Assembly: GCA_965227875.1 (NCBI GenBank)
Contig: OZ245783.1
Location: 983,750-1,047,749, forward strand
From: Hyphomicrobiales bacterium
Lineage (GTDB): Bacteria; Pseudomonadota; Alphaproteobacteria; Rhizobiales; JAJFHC01
Length of the DNA stretch: 64,000 bases
Reading direction: 5' to 3'
Part shown: piece by piece, positions 9,124 through 19,673 of the stretch
Layout: each line of letters starts with the position of its first letter
Position numbering within the stretch: position 1 is the first letter of the stretch
Program-made: the position numbers and the translations under genes
Notes under the pieces: model-generated
The model's database searches: none
Seen by the model: only the letters and a program-made list of their open reading frames with translations
What the model was told of the DNA's origin: nothing

Positions 9124-10178
9124 ACGCGATCGAAAAAGCCTTGTCTGAATCCCTTTCCGTGAACGAGAAGGTCACGGACATCTCGCAGGTTTCCGGCGCG
9201 CAGCGCGCTGCGATCCTGCTGATGACGCTCGGGTCAGACAACGGGGCGCTCATCTGGGAGGTTCTCGACGAGGAAGAGGTCAAGCAGATCTCGGTCGCCA
9301 TGGCGCGCCTGGGCGAGGTCGACCCCGGCGTCGTGGAGAAGCTTCTCGTCGATTTCGCCACCCAGCTGTCGGCCAGCGGCGCGCTGCTCGGCAACCTGAG
9401 TTCCACGGAACGCCTGCTCGCCCAGTTCCTGCCGCCGGACAAGGTCAACGCGGTGATGGAGGAGATTCGCGGGCCGGCCGGGCGCAACATGTGGGAGAAG
9501 CTCTCCAACGTGCAGGAGTCGATCCTCGCCACCTACCTCAAGAACGAATACCCCCAGACGGTCGCCGTGGTCCTGTCCAAGATCAAGCCGGACCACGCGG
9601 CGGCCGTTCTCGGCATTTTCCCCGAGGATTTCGCGCTCGAGGTCGTGGACCGCATGCTCTCCATGGAGTCGATCCAGAAGGAGGTGCTCGACAAGGTCGA
9701 ACAGACCCTGCGCACCGAGTTCATGTCGAACCTCGCCAAGACGCGTCGTCGCGACTCCCACGAGATGATGGCCGAGATATTCAACAATTTCGACCGCCAC
9801 ACCGAGGGCCGTTTCATGACGGCGCTCGAAGAGGGCAACCGGGACGCGGCCGAACGCATCAAGGCGCTGATGTTCACGTTCGAGGATCTCAGCAAGCTCG
9901 ACGCGCCGGCGATCCAGACCCTCCTGCGGCACGTGGAGAAAGACAAGCTCGCCCTGTCGATGAAGGGCGCGACCGATGCCTTGCGGGACCTGTTCTTTTC
10001 CAACATGTCCGAGCGCGCCGGCAAGCTGCTGCGCCAGGACATGGAGGTTCTCGGTCCCGTCCGCCTCAAGGACGTGGACGAGGCCCAGATGGCGATGGTG
10101 AACACCGCCAAGGATCTCGCCGCGCGCGGCGAGATCGTGATCAACAAGTCCCGTGGCGAAGACGAACTGATTTACTGA
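9120..10178 (+). CDS. fliG: flagellar motor switch protein FliG
   Basis: 352 aa with [41 protein letters not shown] and a C-terminal torque-helix region ([10 protein letters not shown]...LLRHV). ATGA overlap with fliF. Confidence 0.93.
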   Translation: MNAIEKALSESLSVNEKVTDISQVSGAQRAAILLMTLGSDNGALIWEVLDEEEVKQISVAMARLGEVDPGVVEKLLVDFATQLSASGALLGNLSSTERLLAQFLPPDKVNAVMEEIRGPAGRNMWEKLSNVQESILATYLKNEYPQTVAVVLSKIKPDHAAAVLGIFPEDFALEVVDRMLSMESIQKEVLDKVEQTLRTEFMSNLAKTRRRDSHEMMAEIFNNFDRHTEGRFMTALEEGNRDAAERIKALMFTFEDLSKLDAPAIQTLLRHVEKDKLALSMKGATDALRDLFFSNMSERAGKLLRQDMEVLGPVRLKDVDEAQMAMVNTAKDLAARGEIVINKSRGEDELIY

Positions 10179-10190
10179 CGGCGATAGAGC

Positions 10191-10862
10191 ATGGAGACCC
10201 GGCAGATGGCCGAACCGGCCAAATTCAATTTCGAACTCGATTTCCAGCCCGACGGAAACGGTCTGGCCTCCATGCCGCGCGCCTATCGCGAGGAGGATCT
10301 CGACGCGGCCCGGTCCGAGGGCCACGCGGCGGGCTACACCGCCGGTCAGGGCGACGCCGCGGTTCGCACGGAGCAGGAAATCAAGGCGGTGCTGGAAAAC
10401 GTCGCGACGAGCTGCCGGACCATCCTCGACACCCTCGACGCCGAAACCGACCGTCTCCGCCGCGAAGCGGCCGACCTCGCGCTGACGGTGGCCGGCAAGC
10501 TGACCCATGCCCTCATGGCGCGCGAGCCGCTCGTCGAGATCGAGGCGCTGCTGGACGAAGCGCTGTCCCATCTGTCGGGCGCGCCGCGGGTCACCATTCT
10601 GGTGAACGACCTGTGGATCGACCGCATCGAACCCCGGCTGGCCGAGATCGCCGCCGCAAAGGGCTTCGAAGGCCGCATGGTGGTTCTCGGGTCTCCCGAG
10701 GTTTCCCTCGTCGACTGCCGGATCGAATGGCAGGGCGGCGGCCTCGCCCGCGACTCCCGCGCGATGCATCGCGAGATCAAGGAAATCGTGGAACGTCACT
10801 TCCCCATCGAAAGGGACGGCGACGACGTTCCCGAGTTCGAAACGGAAGGTGAAGTGCAATGA
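10191..10862 (+). CDS. fliH: flagellar assembly protein FliH
   Basis: 223 aa in the position between fliG and fliN. It has an Ala/Glu-rich central coiled region typical of FliH/FlbE. The call rests mainly on context. Confidence 0.7.
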   Translation: METRQMAEPAKFNFELDFQPDGNGLASMPRAYREEDLDAARSEGHAAGYTAGQGDAAVRTEQEIKAVLENVATSCRTILDTLDAETDRLRREAADLALTVAGKLTHALMAREPLVEIEALLDEALSHLSGAPRVTILVNDLWIDRIEPRLAEIAAAKGFEGRMVVLGSPEVSLVDCRIEWQGGGLARDSRAMHREIKEIVERHFPIERDGDDVPEFETEGEVQ

Positions 10863-10916
10863 CGCAGACGGAACCGCTTGCGTCGGATTTTGGATCAGGT
10901 CCGGAAAGACAGCCTC

Positions 10917-11279
10917 ATGAGTAGCGACGACATCGATCTCACGGAATTCGACAGGAACGGCAACGACGCGCCGGCGCCCGCGGAATCCGCACCCGATGAC
11001 GGGGCGGACGACGGCCAGGATAGCCCCACGACGGCGGCCGATCTCGAAGCGGTTTTCGACGTCCCCGTCAATATTTCCGCCGTTCTCGGCCGTACGCACA
11101 TGGAAGTGTCGGACCTGCTCAAGCTCAAGAGCGGCAACGTGGTGGAACTGGACCGCAAGGTCGGCGAGGCCATCGACATCTTCGTCAACAACCGCCTCGT
11201 CGCGCGCGGCGAGGTCGTGATGGTCGAGAACCGGCTGGGCGTGACCATGACTGAAATCATCAAGGGCGACGCCGGTTAG
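10917..11279 (+). CDS. fliN: flagellar motor switch protein FliN
   Basis: C-terminal SpoA domain: VPVNISAVLGRTHMEVSDLLKLKSGNVVELDRKVGEAIDIFVNNRLVARGEVVMVENRLGVTMTEII. The track starts at TTG 10878; ATG 10917 (GGAAAG 10 nt upstream) is preferred. Confidence 0.9.
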   Translation: MSSDDIDLTEFDRNGNDAPAPAESAPDDGADDGQDSPTTAADLEAVFDVPVNISAVLGRTHMEVSDLLKLKSGNVVELDRKVGEAIDIFVNNRLVARGEVVMVENRLGVTMTEIIKGDAG

Positions 11280-11339
11280 GCGTCCCCGCCCCCGGACAGG
11301 CTCCGGCGGGCGCAACAACGGGACCTGGAGTAAGACGAC

Positions 11340-12713
<1,374 letters not shown>

Positions 12714-12757
12714 CCGACACTCCAACGTGCGAAACGGCAAAACGGTGAGTTCAGGAC

Positions 12758-14896
12758 ATGAGTGACACGGCAGGTGCCGAAGCCTCTCCGGCGATGGCCG
12801 CTCCGGGCGCCCAGGCGCAGGCCTCCGGCGTCGTCACGTCGGTGTTTGCCGCACTGAGACGCCCCGACCTCGGTCTCGCCTTCGGCGTGATGGTCATCCT
12901 CGTGGTGCTCATCATCCCGATGCCCGCCATGCTGCTCGACCTGCTGCTGGCGATCTCCATCACCTTTTCCGTGCTGATCCTGATGACCGGCCTGTTCATC
13001 CACAAGCCGCTCGAATTCAGCGCCTTCCCGACGATCCTGCTGATCACCACCATGCTGCGCCTGTCGCTCAACATGGCCTCGACGCGCCTCATCCTCACCG
13101 ACGGGCACGAGGGTACGGCCGCCGCGGGGCGCGTGATCGAGGCCTTCGGCAATTTCGTGATGCAGGGAAACTTCGTGATCGGGATCATCGTCTTCGCGAT
13201 CCTGGTCATCGTCAATTTCGTCGTCATCACCAAGGGTTCGGGGCGTATCGCGGAGGTCGCCGCACGGTTCACCCTGGACGCCATGCCCGGCAAGCAGATG
13301 GCCATCGACGCGGACCTTTCCGCCGGCCTCATCGACGAGAACGAGGCGCGCAGGCGCCGCAGCGAACTGGAGGACGAGTCCTCCTTCTTCGGCGCCATGG
13401 ACGGTGCGTCCAAGTTCGTGCGCGGCGACGCGGTCGCCGGCCTGCTGATCACCTTCATCAACATCATCGGCGGCGTGATCATCGGCATGGCCCAGAAGGA
13501 CATGTCGCTGGTCGAGGCCGGGCAGACCTACACGCTCCTGACCATCGGCGACGGCCTGGTCAGCCAGATCCCCGCGCTCATCGTCTCCACCGCCGCCGGC
13601 CTGCTCGTCTCCAAGGCCGGTGTCGACGGCGCTGCGGAAAAGGCACTGTTCGGCCAGCTCTCCGAATACCCGAAGGCGCTCGGCATGTCGTCCTTCGTCA
13701 TGGCCGCCATGTCCGTCCTGCCGGGCATTCCGATGCTGCCCTTCCTCGCTCTTGCCGGGGCGGCGGGCGCCATCGCCTGGAAAGCCGGCAAGGCGCGCGA
13801 CAAGCGCGTCGTGGAGGAAGCCGTGCAGCAGGCCGCCTCCCAGGCGGAAGAGGCGCCCAAGGAGGAACCGATCTCGACCGCGCTTCGCATGGACGACCTG
13901 CGCATCGAGGTCGGCTACGGCCTCCTGCCCATGATCAACAACAATGACGAGGACCGCCTGACCGACCAGATCAAGGCCCTGCGCCGGCAGTTCGCCAGCG
14001 ACATGGGCTTCGTCATGCCGTCCGTGCGCATTCTCGACAACGTCCAGATCCCGCCCAACCAGTACATCATCAAGGTCAAGGAGGTGGACGCCGGCGAGGG
14101 AGAACTGCACGCCGATCAGTTCATGGTCATGAACCCGTCCGGCGAGAAGATCGACCTGCCCGGCACCCATACGATCGAGCCCACATTCGGCCTGCCCGCC
14201 ACGTGGGTCGACGCCTCGCTGCGCGACGAGGCCCAGTTCAAGGGCTACACGGTCGTCGATCCCGCCACAGTCCTCTCGACCCACCTCACCGAGATCCTGA
14301 AGTCCAACATGGCCGAGCTCCTGTCCTATGCCGAGGTCCAGAAGCTTCTCGACGAACTGCCCGACCGCAACCGCAAGCTCATCGACGACATCGTGCCCGC
14401 ACAGATCAACACCAGCGGCATCCAGCGCGTGCTGCAGACCCTGCTTGGCGAGCGCATCTCGATCCGCGACCTGCCCACCATCCTCGAAGGCATCGCCGAG
14501 GCGACGGGCTTCACCCAGAATGTCAGCGCCATCACCGAACATGTGCGCACCCGGCTCGCGCGCCAGATCTGCGCGGCCAATCGCGGACCCGCCGGATATG
14601 TCGCCATGCTGCCGCTCTCGCCGAAGTGGGAGCAGGCCTTCGCCGACGCCATTGTCGGTCAGGGCGACGACCGTCAGCTCGCCATGGCGCCGAGCGAACT
14701 GCAGGAGTTCATCAAGGCCGTCCGCGAGGGTTTCGAGGCCGCGGCCCGCGAGGGCGAGCTTCCCGTCCTCCTGACGAGCCCTGGCATCCGTCCCTTCGTG
14801 CGCTCCATCGTGGAACGCTTCCGCAGCCAGACCGTGGTGCTGTCCCAGAACGAGATTCACCCGCAGGCCAAGCTCAAGACCGTCGGCCAGATCTGA
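12758..14896 (+). CDS. flhA: flagellar type III export protein FlhA
   Basis: 712 aa with FPTILLITTMLRLSLNMASTRLIL, the FHIPEP region KGSGRIAEVAARFTLDAMPGKQMAIDADL, and a large cytoplasmic C-domain. Confidence 0.95.
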   Translation: MSDTAGAEASPAMAAPGAQAQASGVVTSVFAALRRPDLGLAFGVMVILVVLIIPMPAMLLDLLLAISITFSVLILMTGLFIHKPLEFSAFPTILLITTMLRLSLNMASTRLILTDGHEGTAAAGRVIEAFGNFVMQGNFVIGIIVFAILVIVNFVVITKGSGRIAEVAARFTLDAMPGKQMAIDADLSAGLIDENEARRRRSELEDESSFFGAMDGASKFVRGDAVAGLLITFINIIGGVIIGMAQKDMSLVEAGQTYTLLTIGDGLVSQIPALIVSTAAGLLVSKAGVDGAAEKALFGQLSEYPKALGMSSFVMAAMSVLPGIPMLPFLALAGAAGAIAWKAGKARDKRVVEEAVQQAASQAEEAPKEEPISTALRMDDLRIEVGYGLLPMINNNDEDRLTDQIKALRRQFASDMGFVMPSVRILDNVQIPPNQYIIKVKEVDAGEGELHADQFMVMNPSGEKIDLPGTHTIEPTFGLPATWVDASLRDEAQFKGYTVVDPATVLSTHLTEILKSNMAELLSYAEVQKLLDELPDRNRKLIDDIVPAQINTSGIQRVLQTLLGERISIRDLPTILEGIAEATGFTQNVSAITEHVRTRLARQICAANRGPAGYVAMLPLSPKWEQAFADAIVGQGDDRQLAMAPSELQEFIKAVREGFEAAAREGELPVLLTSPGIRPFVRSIVERFRSQTVVLSQNEIHPQAKLKTVGQI

Positions 14897-14955
14897 CGAC
14901 GTTCCGGTCGTGGAAGCCCGGTTTCCCGCCTGCTAACGGGAAATTGAGGAATTTC

Positions 14956-14971
14956 TGGCACTCCTCTTGCA
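14956..14971 (+). promoter_or_regulatory. consensus sigma-54 (-24/-12) promoter upstream of the cupin/JmjC-like gene
   Basis: TGGCAC-TCCTC-TTGCA is an exact match to TGGCAC-N5-TTGCA. It lies 67 nt upstream of ATG 15038, with GGAGG at 15022-15026. It is preceded by the inverted repeats TTTCCCG-N8-CGGGAAA (14922-14943) and GAAATT-gagg-AATTTC (14940-14955). Confidence 0.7.
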
Positions 14972-15037
14972 CGCGCAGAAAAACAGAAGACAAAGCGCGA
15001 AAAGCGGATGCGTCAGACACCGGAGGTACATTGAGTC

Positions 15038-15994
15038 ATGGACATGAAGAAGTGGCTGGAACTCGACGATCGCCAGGCCGAACGGTTCGGTGATCACGAA
15101 ATCTCATGCAAGCACAACTTCGCTGACAGCGGACTGTTTACCGACGAGAAGATCGCCAGGCTGATCGAGTCCTATCCCCGCGAGCACTACAACATCAACA
15201 CCATGAACCGTGAGGGCGAACAGCGTTTCTGGCGCGACGGCGAGATCGGGAACGTGCCCGGAGAGCAGGTGCTCGATGCGATTCGCAACGGCCAGATCTG
15301 GCTGAGTCTCCATCACATCGAGAAGAACGTTCCCGAAATGGGAGCCATGGTGCGCGAAGCGTTCGAGCAGATCGCCGCGATGAAGCCGGGATACCGGACC
15401 TGGAAGCACAATACGAGCCTGCTGGTCTCCTCCCCGGGCGCCAAGGTGCACTGCCATGCCGACGTTCCCATGATCGCCCTGTGGCACGTCCGCGGCCGCA
15501 AGCGGGTCTATCTCTGGGATCCCAAGGACACCCGCTTCCTTCCGGAACGCAAGATGGAAGGAATCGTGCTGCGCGAAACCGAGGAAGACGGACTCGACTA
15601 CGAGGCCTCGTGGGACGAGCATGCCAATGTCTACGATCTGGAACCCGGCGATCTGGTGGCGTGGCCGCTCAATGCGCCGCACAGGGTCGACAACCTCGAC
15701 AGCCTGAACATGTCCCTGACGACGGAGTACCAGACCACGGAATCGCAGCGCAGCTACGGCGTGCACTACGCAAACGGTGTCCTCCGCCGCCGTTTCGGCA
15801 TTGTCCCGAAATCCCGTGCGCTGACCGGGCCGGTCGCGCTGGCCAAGTGTGCCGGAGCCCTGGCCTACAAGAAGCTGAAGCTGCACAGGGCCCAGGAGTT
15901 CAAGTTCATTTCCACCTTCAGGGTAGATCCGACGGCCCCCGACGGCGTGCGTTTCCTGCCGCCGGAGGAACACAAGGAAATCAACCTCGCCTGA
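15038..15994 (+). CDS. cupin/JmjC-like putative Fe(II)/2-oxoglutarate oxygenase
   Basis: 318 aa. SLLVSSPGAKVHCHADVPMIALWHVRGRKRVYLWDP ... GDLVAWPLNAPHRV gives an HxD...H facial-triad candidate in a double-stranded beta-helix context. No specific orthologue recognised. Confidence 0.6.
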   Translation: MDMKKWLELDDRQAERFGDHEISCKHNFADSGLFTDEKIARLIESYPREHYNINTMNREGEQRFWRDGEIGNVPGEQVLDAIRNGQIWLSLHHIEKNVPEMGAMVREAFEQIAAMKPGYRTWKHNTSLLVSSPGAKVHCHADVPMIALWHVRGRKRVYLWDPKDTRFLPERKMEGIVLRETEEDGLDYEASWDEHANVYDLEPGDLVAWPLNAPHRVDNLDSLNMSLTTEYQTTESQRSYGVHYANGVLRRRFGIVPKSRALTGPVALAKCAGALAYKKLKLHRAQEFKFISTFRVDPTAPDGVRFLPPEEHKEINLA

Positions 15995-16006
15995 GGCCGC
16001 AAGACC

Positions 16007-16492
16007 TCAGTCGCGGAAATTGATGAACTGGAGGGGCTGGTCGATATCCAGCCCCTTCACCGCTTGGATGGCGGCCTGGAGGTCGTCGCGCTTTTTCCCC
16101 GTCACCCGCAATTCATCGCCCTGGATGGCCACCTGCACCTTGAGCTTGGTTGCCTTGACGTCCTTGACGATGCGTTTCGCGAGTTCCTTGTCGATCCCCT
16201 CACGAATGAAGATCTGCTGGCGCACCGACTGGCCGGCCGCCTTTTCCGGGGTCTTGTAGTCCAGGACGCCCACCTCGATCTTCCGGCGGGCCAGATGCCC
16301 CTGCAGGAGTTCGTGCATCTGCTTCAGCTTCAGATCATCGTCCGCATGCACGGTCAGCACGCTTTCCGCACGTTCGATCGTGCAGTTGGATCCCTTGAAA
16401 TCGTAACGCTGCCCGAGTTCGCGCTGCATGTTGTTGAGCGCATTGTCGACCTCGGCGAGGTCGGTCTGCGAAACGATGTCGAATGAGGGCAT
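16007..16492 (-). CDS. yajQ: YajQ-family nucleotide/cyclic-di-GMP-binding protein (UPF0234)
   Basis: 161 aa: MPSFDIVSQTDLAEVDNALNNMQRELGQRYDFKGS...LQFINFRD, the classic YajQ N- and C-termini. The track ORF (to 16579) was trimmed to this ATG. Confidence 0.9.
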   Translation of the reverse strand: MPSFDIVSQTDLAEVDNALNNMQRELGQRYDFKGSNCTIERAESVLTVHADDDLKLKQMHELLQGHLARRKIEVGVLDYKTPEKAAGQSVRQQIFIREGIDKELAKRIVKDVKATKLKVQVAIQGDELRVTGKKRDDLQAAIQAVKGLDIDQPLQFINFRD

Positions 16493-16607
16493 GGGCGAGG
16501 GTTCCGGTCGTTGTCGTCGGGGCGGTACGCCTGTGTGCACTCTCGCGGCGTACCGGCGAACCGTTGCAAATGTGCACAATCATACCACCCGATCAAGAGC
16601 GGTTGTC

Positions 16608-16640
16608 CCAAAATGAAACGCCCCCGCTTTCGCGGAGGCG
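16608..16640 (-). terminator. Rho-independent terminator after fliJ
   Basis: The minus strand reads CGCCTCCGC-GAAA-GCGGGGGCG followed by TTTCATTTT. Confidence 0.65.
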
Positions 16641-16681
16641 CATGGTGTCCGGACGGGACGCTCGGGCGTGTCTTGGAAGGT

Positions 16682-17104
16682 CTAGCTGACGGCCGCCGTA
16701 CGGCGATGCATCTCGAGCGCGATGCCGTCGATTTCCGATCGTTCCTGTTCGTCGAGTTCGACGCGGCGGCGATCCTCTTCCTTTTCCTGCAGAAGCTCGA
16801 ACTTCTTGAGCTCGGCGAAGGCCAGTTCAAGTTCTTCCTTGGCCTGCGACAGCTGGGTATCCAGTTCCTCTATGGATTTCAACAGGTTGTCGCGCCGCCC
16901 CTTGGCCGCCTTGGCGAAGGTCGGGTAGGCGAAATGGGTTACGTCCGTGATGCCGGAGCGCTCCTGCTCGCTCATGATCTGCTGTTCGAGTTCGGCTTCC
17001 TTGCGGCGGAAGTCGGCAATCATGGTTTCTATGTCGGCCACCTGGCGACGCTTTTCGTCGACCTGGAACTTGTGGAGGCGAATCAGGGAATCGCGTGATT
17101 TCAT
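16682..17104 (-). CDS. fliJ: flagellar export chaperone FliJ
   Basis: 140-aa all-helical coiled-coil protein ([43 protein letters not shown]...). 4-nt overlap with the fliI stop. Confidence 0.8.
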   Translation of the reverse strand: MKSRDSLIRLHKFQVDEKRRQVADIETMIADFRRKEAELEQQIMSEQERSGITDVTHFAYPTFAKAAKGRRDNLLKSIEELDTQLSQAKEELELAFAELKKFELLQEKEEDRRRVELDEQERSEIDGIALEMHRRTAAVS

Positions 17105-18450
17105 TGAACTTGCCCTTGCTGCTCGAGTGTGTTGTCCGTTTCACCGTTCAAAATCCGGGCCAACTTGTCGTAAGTGTCGCTCAGAGTGGTTGACTCTTTC
17201 TTTCCCTGAGAAAGAAAATCCTCGATCATCGGCTGAAAGTGGATCGCTTCGTCTATTTTCGGGTCGGAACCTGGTCTGTAGGCCCCGATGCGGATCAGTT
17301 CTTCCATGTCATTGTAGGTCGCCAGTAACCGCCGCGCTTCCCGGACCACAGGCAAGGCCGCGTCGGGCACGCAGTCCGGCATGGTGCGCGAAACCGATCG
17401 CAGCACGTCGATCGCCGGATACCTGCCGCGTTCGGCGATCCGGCGGTCCATGACGATATGTCCGTCGAGAATGGACCTGACGGAGTCCGCCACCGGTTCG
17501 TTGTGGTCGTCCCCTTCGACGAGAACGGTGAAGAGACCGGTGATCGACCCGGCCCCGGAGCCCGGCCCGGCACGCTCCAGCAGCCGCGGCAATTCGGAAA
17601 AGACCGTGGGGGTGTATCCCTTCGAAGTCGGCGGCTCGCCCCCGGACAGGCCGATATCGCGCTGGGCCATGGCGAAACGGGTGACACTGTCCATCAGGCA
17701 CAGGACATCCTTTCCCTGGTCGCGGAAGAACTCGGAAAGCGTCAGGGTGAGATAGGCCGCCTGGCGGCGCATGAGGGCGGGTTCGTCCGACGTCGCCACC
17801 ACGACGATGCTGCGGGCGAGACCTTCCGGGCCCAGGTCGTCTTCGATGAATTCCTGCACCTCCCGGCCGCGCTCCCCGATCAGGCCGATGATCGACACGT
17901 CGCAGGCCGTGTTGCGCGCCAGCATCGACAGGAGCACCGACTTGCCCACGCCGGAACCGGCGAAAATCCCCATGCGCTGGCCCTTGCAGCACGTGGCGAA
18001 GCCGTTGAGCGCCCGCACGCCGAGATCCACCGGCTGCCCGACGCGATTGCGGTCATGGGCTGGGATGGGGCGCGACTTCAGACCATAGGCGGCGATGCCG
18101 CTGGGCAGCGGGCCCTTGCCGTCGAGCGGTTCGGCTTCGGCGTTGATGACACGGCCGAGCCATCCGTTGTCCGGCCTGATCGACGGCTGGTCGTCCCCGA
18201 CGACGACCCGCGATCCCATGCCGACGCCTTCCAGCGTGCCGAAGGGCATGCAAAGGGCCCTGTCGTTGCGCACGCCGACGACTTCACATTGCACCGGGGT
18301 GCGTTGCCGGCCTTCGATCATGACGCGCGACCCGACGCTCATGGCATGGATGGGCCCCGCCACTTCCAGCAGAAGGCCCTGTACAGCCTCCACCCGACCG
18401 TATCGCCGGGCGTCCGGCAACGCGCCGATTTCGTTGATGAGTGCCCTCAA
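17101..18450 (-). CDS. fliI: flagellum-specific ATPase FliI
   Basis: Walker [11 protein letters not shown], Walker [13 protein letters not shown], and RGYPPSVF-like [19 protein letters not shown]. The track ORF starts at 18513. I prefer TTG 18450 ([25 protein letters not shown]), which has GGGGGA 8 nt upstream. Confidence 0.92.
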   Translation of the reverse strand: MRALINEIGALPDARRYGRVEAVQGLLLEVAGPIHAMSVGSRVMIEGRQRTPVQCEVVGVRNDRALCMPFGTLEGVGMGSRVVVGDDQPSIRPDNGWLGRVINAEAEPLDGKGPLPSGIAAYGLKSRPIPAHDRNRVGQPVDLGVRALNGFATCCKGQRMGIFAGSGVGKSVLLSMLARNTACDVSIIGLIGERGREVQEFIEDDLGPEGLARSIVVVATSDEPALMRRQAAYLTLTLSEFFRDQGKDVLCLMDSVTRFAMAQRDIGLSGGEPPTSKGYTPTVFSELPRLLERAGPGSGAGSITGLFTVLVEGDDHNEPVADSVRSILDGHIVMDRRIAERGRYPAIDVLRSVSRTMPDCVPDAALPVVREARRLLATYNDMEELIRIGAYRPGSDPKIDEAIHFQPMIEDFLSQGKKESTTLSDTYDKLARILNGETDNTLEQQGQVQ

Positions 18451-18696
18451 GGCATGCGTCCCCCGCCTTCGCCGCACGCAAAAATTCGCCGTTACAGCGT
18501 TGTTCGTGCACACGAATCAAATTTGCTGATCTATAGTGCGGGAAAGGCTTTAAGGGTTCGTAAACCTTGTTCGCGTGAGATCGCTCCCGGCCGGACGGCG
18601 CTCCGGCTGACTGGAACCGCCTTAGTTTCTGCGTTTTATAGTTTACGTCCGGTTTCTGACCGAACCGCTTAGTTCGTTTGGAAAAATTATATTTTG

Positions 18697-18732
18697 TTAA
18701 CCATTTGCGGCATATCTTAACGAATAGATTAA
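18697..18732. promoter_or_regulatory. CtrA-box-like motifs in the AT-rich fliI/ctrA divergent intergenic region
   Basis: TTAACCAT at 18697-18704 is identical to the Caulobacter CtrA half-site 8-mer. TTAA-N8-TTAA lies at 18717-18732, one nt longer than the canonical N7 spacing. Both sit within an unusually AT-rich ~300-bp spacer. Confidence 0.3.
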
Positions 18733-18811
18733 TTCGGTTTGCGTACCGGTTGACCGATATTGTGTTTAGTAGCTGCAGGACCCCGAGAGGGTGACGCGAG
18801 AGGGGATTGGA

Positions 18812-19519
18812 ATGAGAGTACTTCTGATCGAAGATGACAGTGCGACAGCACAGAGCATCGAGTTGATGCTCAAGTCGGATGGGTTCAACGTGTACACCAC
18901 CGATCTTGGTGAAGAAGGCGTCGACCTCGGAAAACTTTACGACTACGACATTATCCTTCTGGATCTGAATCTTCCCGACATGAGCGGTTACGAAGTCCTC
19001 AAGACGCTTCGTGTCGCCAAGGTCAACACACCGATACTTATCCTGTCCGGCCTGGCCGGCATCGAGAACAAGGTTCGGGGCCTGGGCTTCGGGGCCGACG
19101 ACTACATGACCAAGCCGTTCCACAAGGACGAACTGGTCGCGCGCATCCACGCGGTGGTCCGCCGTTCGAAGGGACACTCCCAGTCGATCATCCAGACCGG
19201 CGACCTGAAGGTGAACCTCGACACCAAGACCGTCGAAGTCAACGGCCAGCGTGTGCATCTGACCGGCAAGGAATACCAGATGCTCGAGCTTCTGAGCCTG
19301 CGCAAGGGCACCACGCTCACAAAGGAAATGTTCCTGAACCACCTTTATGGCGGCATGGACGAGCCGGAGTTGAAGATCATCGACGTGTTCATCTGCAAGC
19401 TGCGCAAGAAGCTCGCCGCTGCGACAGATGGCGATCACTATATCGAAACGGTCTGGGGCCGCGGCTACGTTTTGCGCGATCCGTCGGAGAGTTCCGAACC
19501 GCTTCGCGAGTCGGCCTGA
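18812..19519 (+). CDS. ctrA: cell-cycle response regulator CtrA (OmpR family)
   Basis: [67 protein letters not shown]...[14 protein letters not shown] is near-identical to the CtrA proteins I remember. The track ORF (18791) was trimmed to the ATG at 18812. Confidence 0.95.
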   Translation: MRVLLIEDDSATAQSIELMLKSDGFNVYTTDLGEEGVDLGKLYDYDIILLDLNLPDMSGYEVLKTLRVAKVNTPILILSGLAGIENKVRGLGFGADDYMTKPFHKDELVARIHAVVRRSKGHSQSIIQTGDLKVNLDTKTVEVNGQRVHLTGKEYQMLELLSLRKGTTLTKEMFLNHLYGGMDEPELKIIDVFICKLRKKLAAATDGDHYIETVWGRGYVLRDPSESSEPLRESA

Positions 19520-19541
19520 CGGTCGTCCCGATCCGATAGAC

Positions 19542-19572
19542 AAAAAACCCCGGCCCAGGCCGGGGTTTTTTA
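19542..19572. terminator. bidirectional Rho-independent terminator between ctrA and cheR
   Basis: AAAAAA-CCCCGGCC-ca-GGCCGGGG-TTTTTTATT. The stem is flanked by an A-run and a T-run. Confidence 0.8.
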
Positions 19573-19673
19573 TTGCCTGAAGAACGTCAAGAAGCCGCGA
19601 GCTCCCACGAACCGGCTAGCGGCCGAGAATTCGGGATCCGGAGAAAAATGGCTGATAACCGTAAAGGTCCGGA

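Noticed and set aside
14922-14955. Inverted repeats TTTCCCG-N8-CGGGAAA and GAAATT-N4-AATTTC as the FlbD enhancer of the oxygenase promoter
   Set aside because: They abut the -24 element, too close for a typical sigma-54 enhancer, and do not resemble the fliK upstream palindrome. They may equally be an flhA 3' hairpin. Noted inside the oxygenase finding but not called as an enhancer.
18717-18732. Calling TTAA-cgaataga-TTAA a bona fide CtrA box
   Set aside because: The spacing is 8 nt, not the canonical 7. It is kept only as a low-confidence CtrA-like motif pending experimental or PWM evidence.
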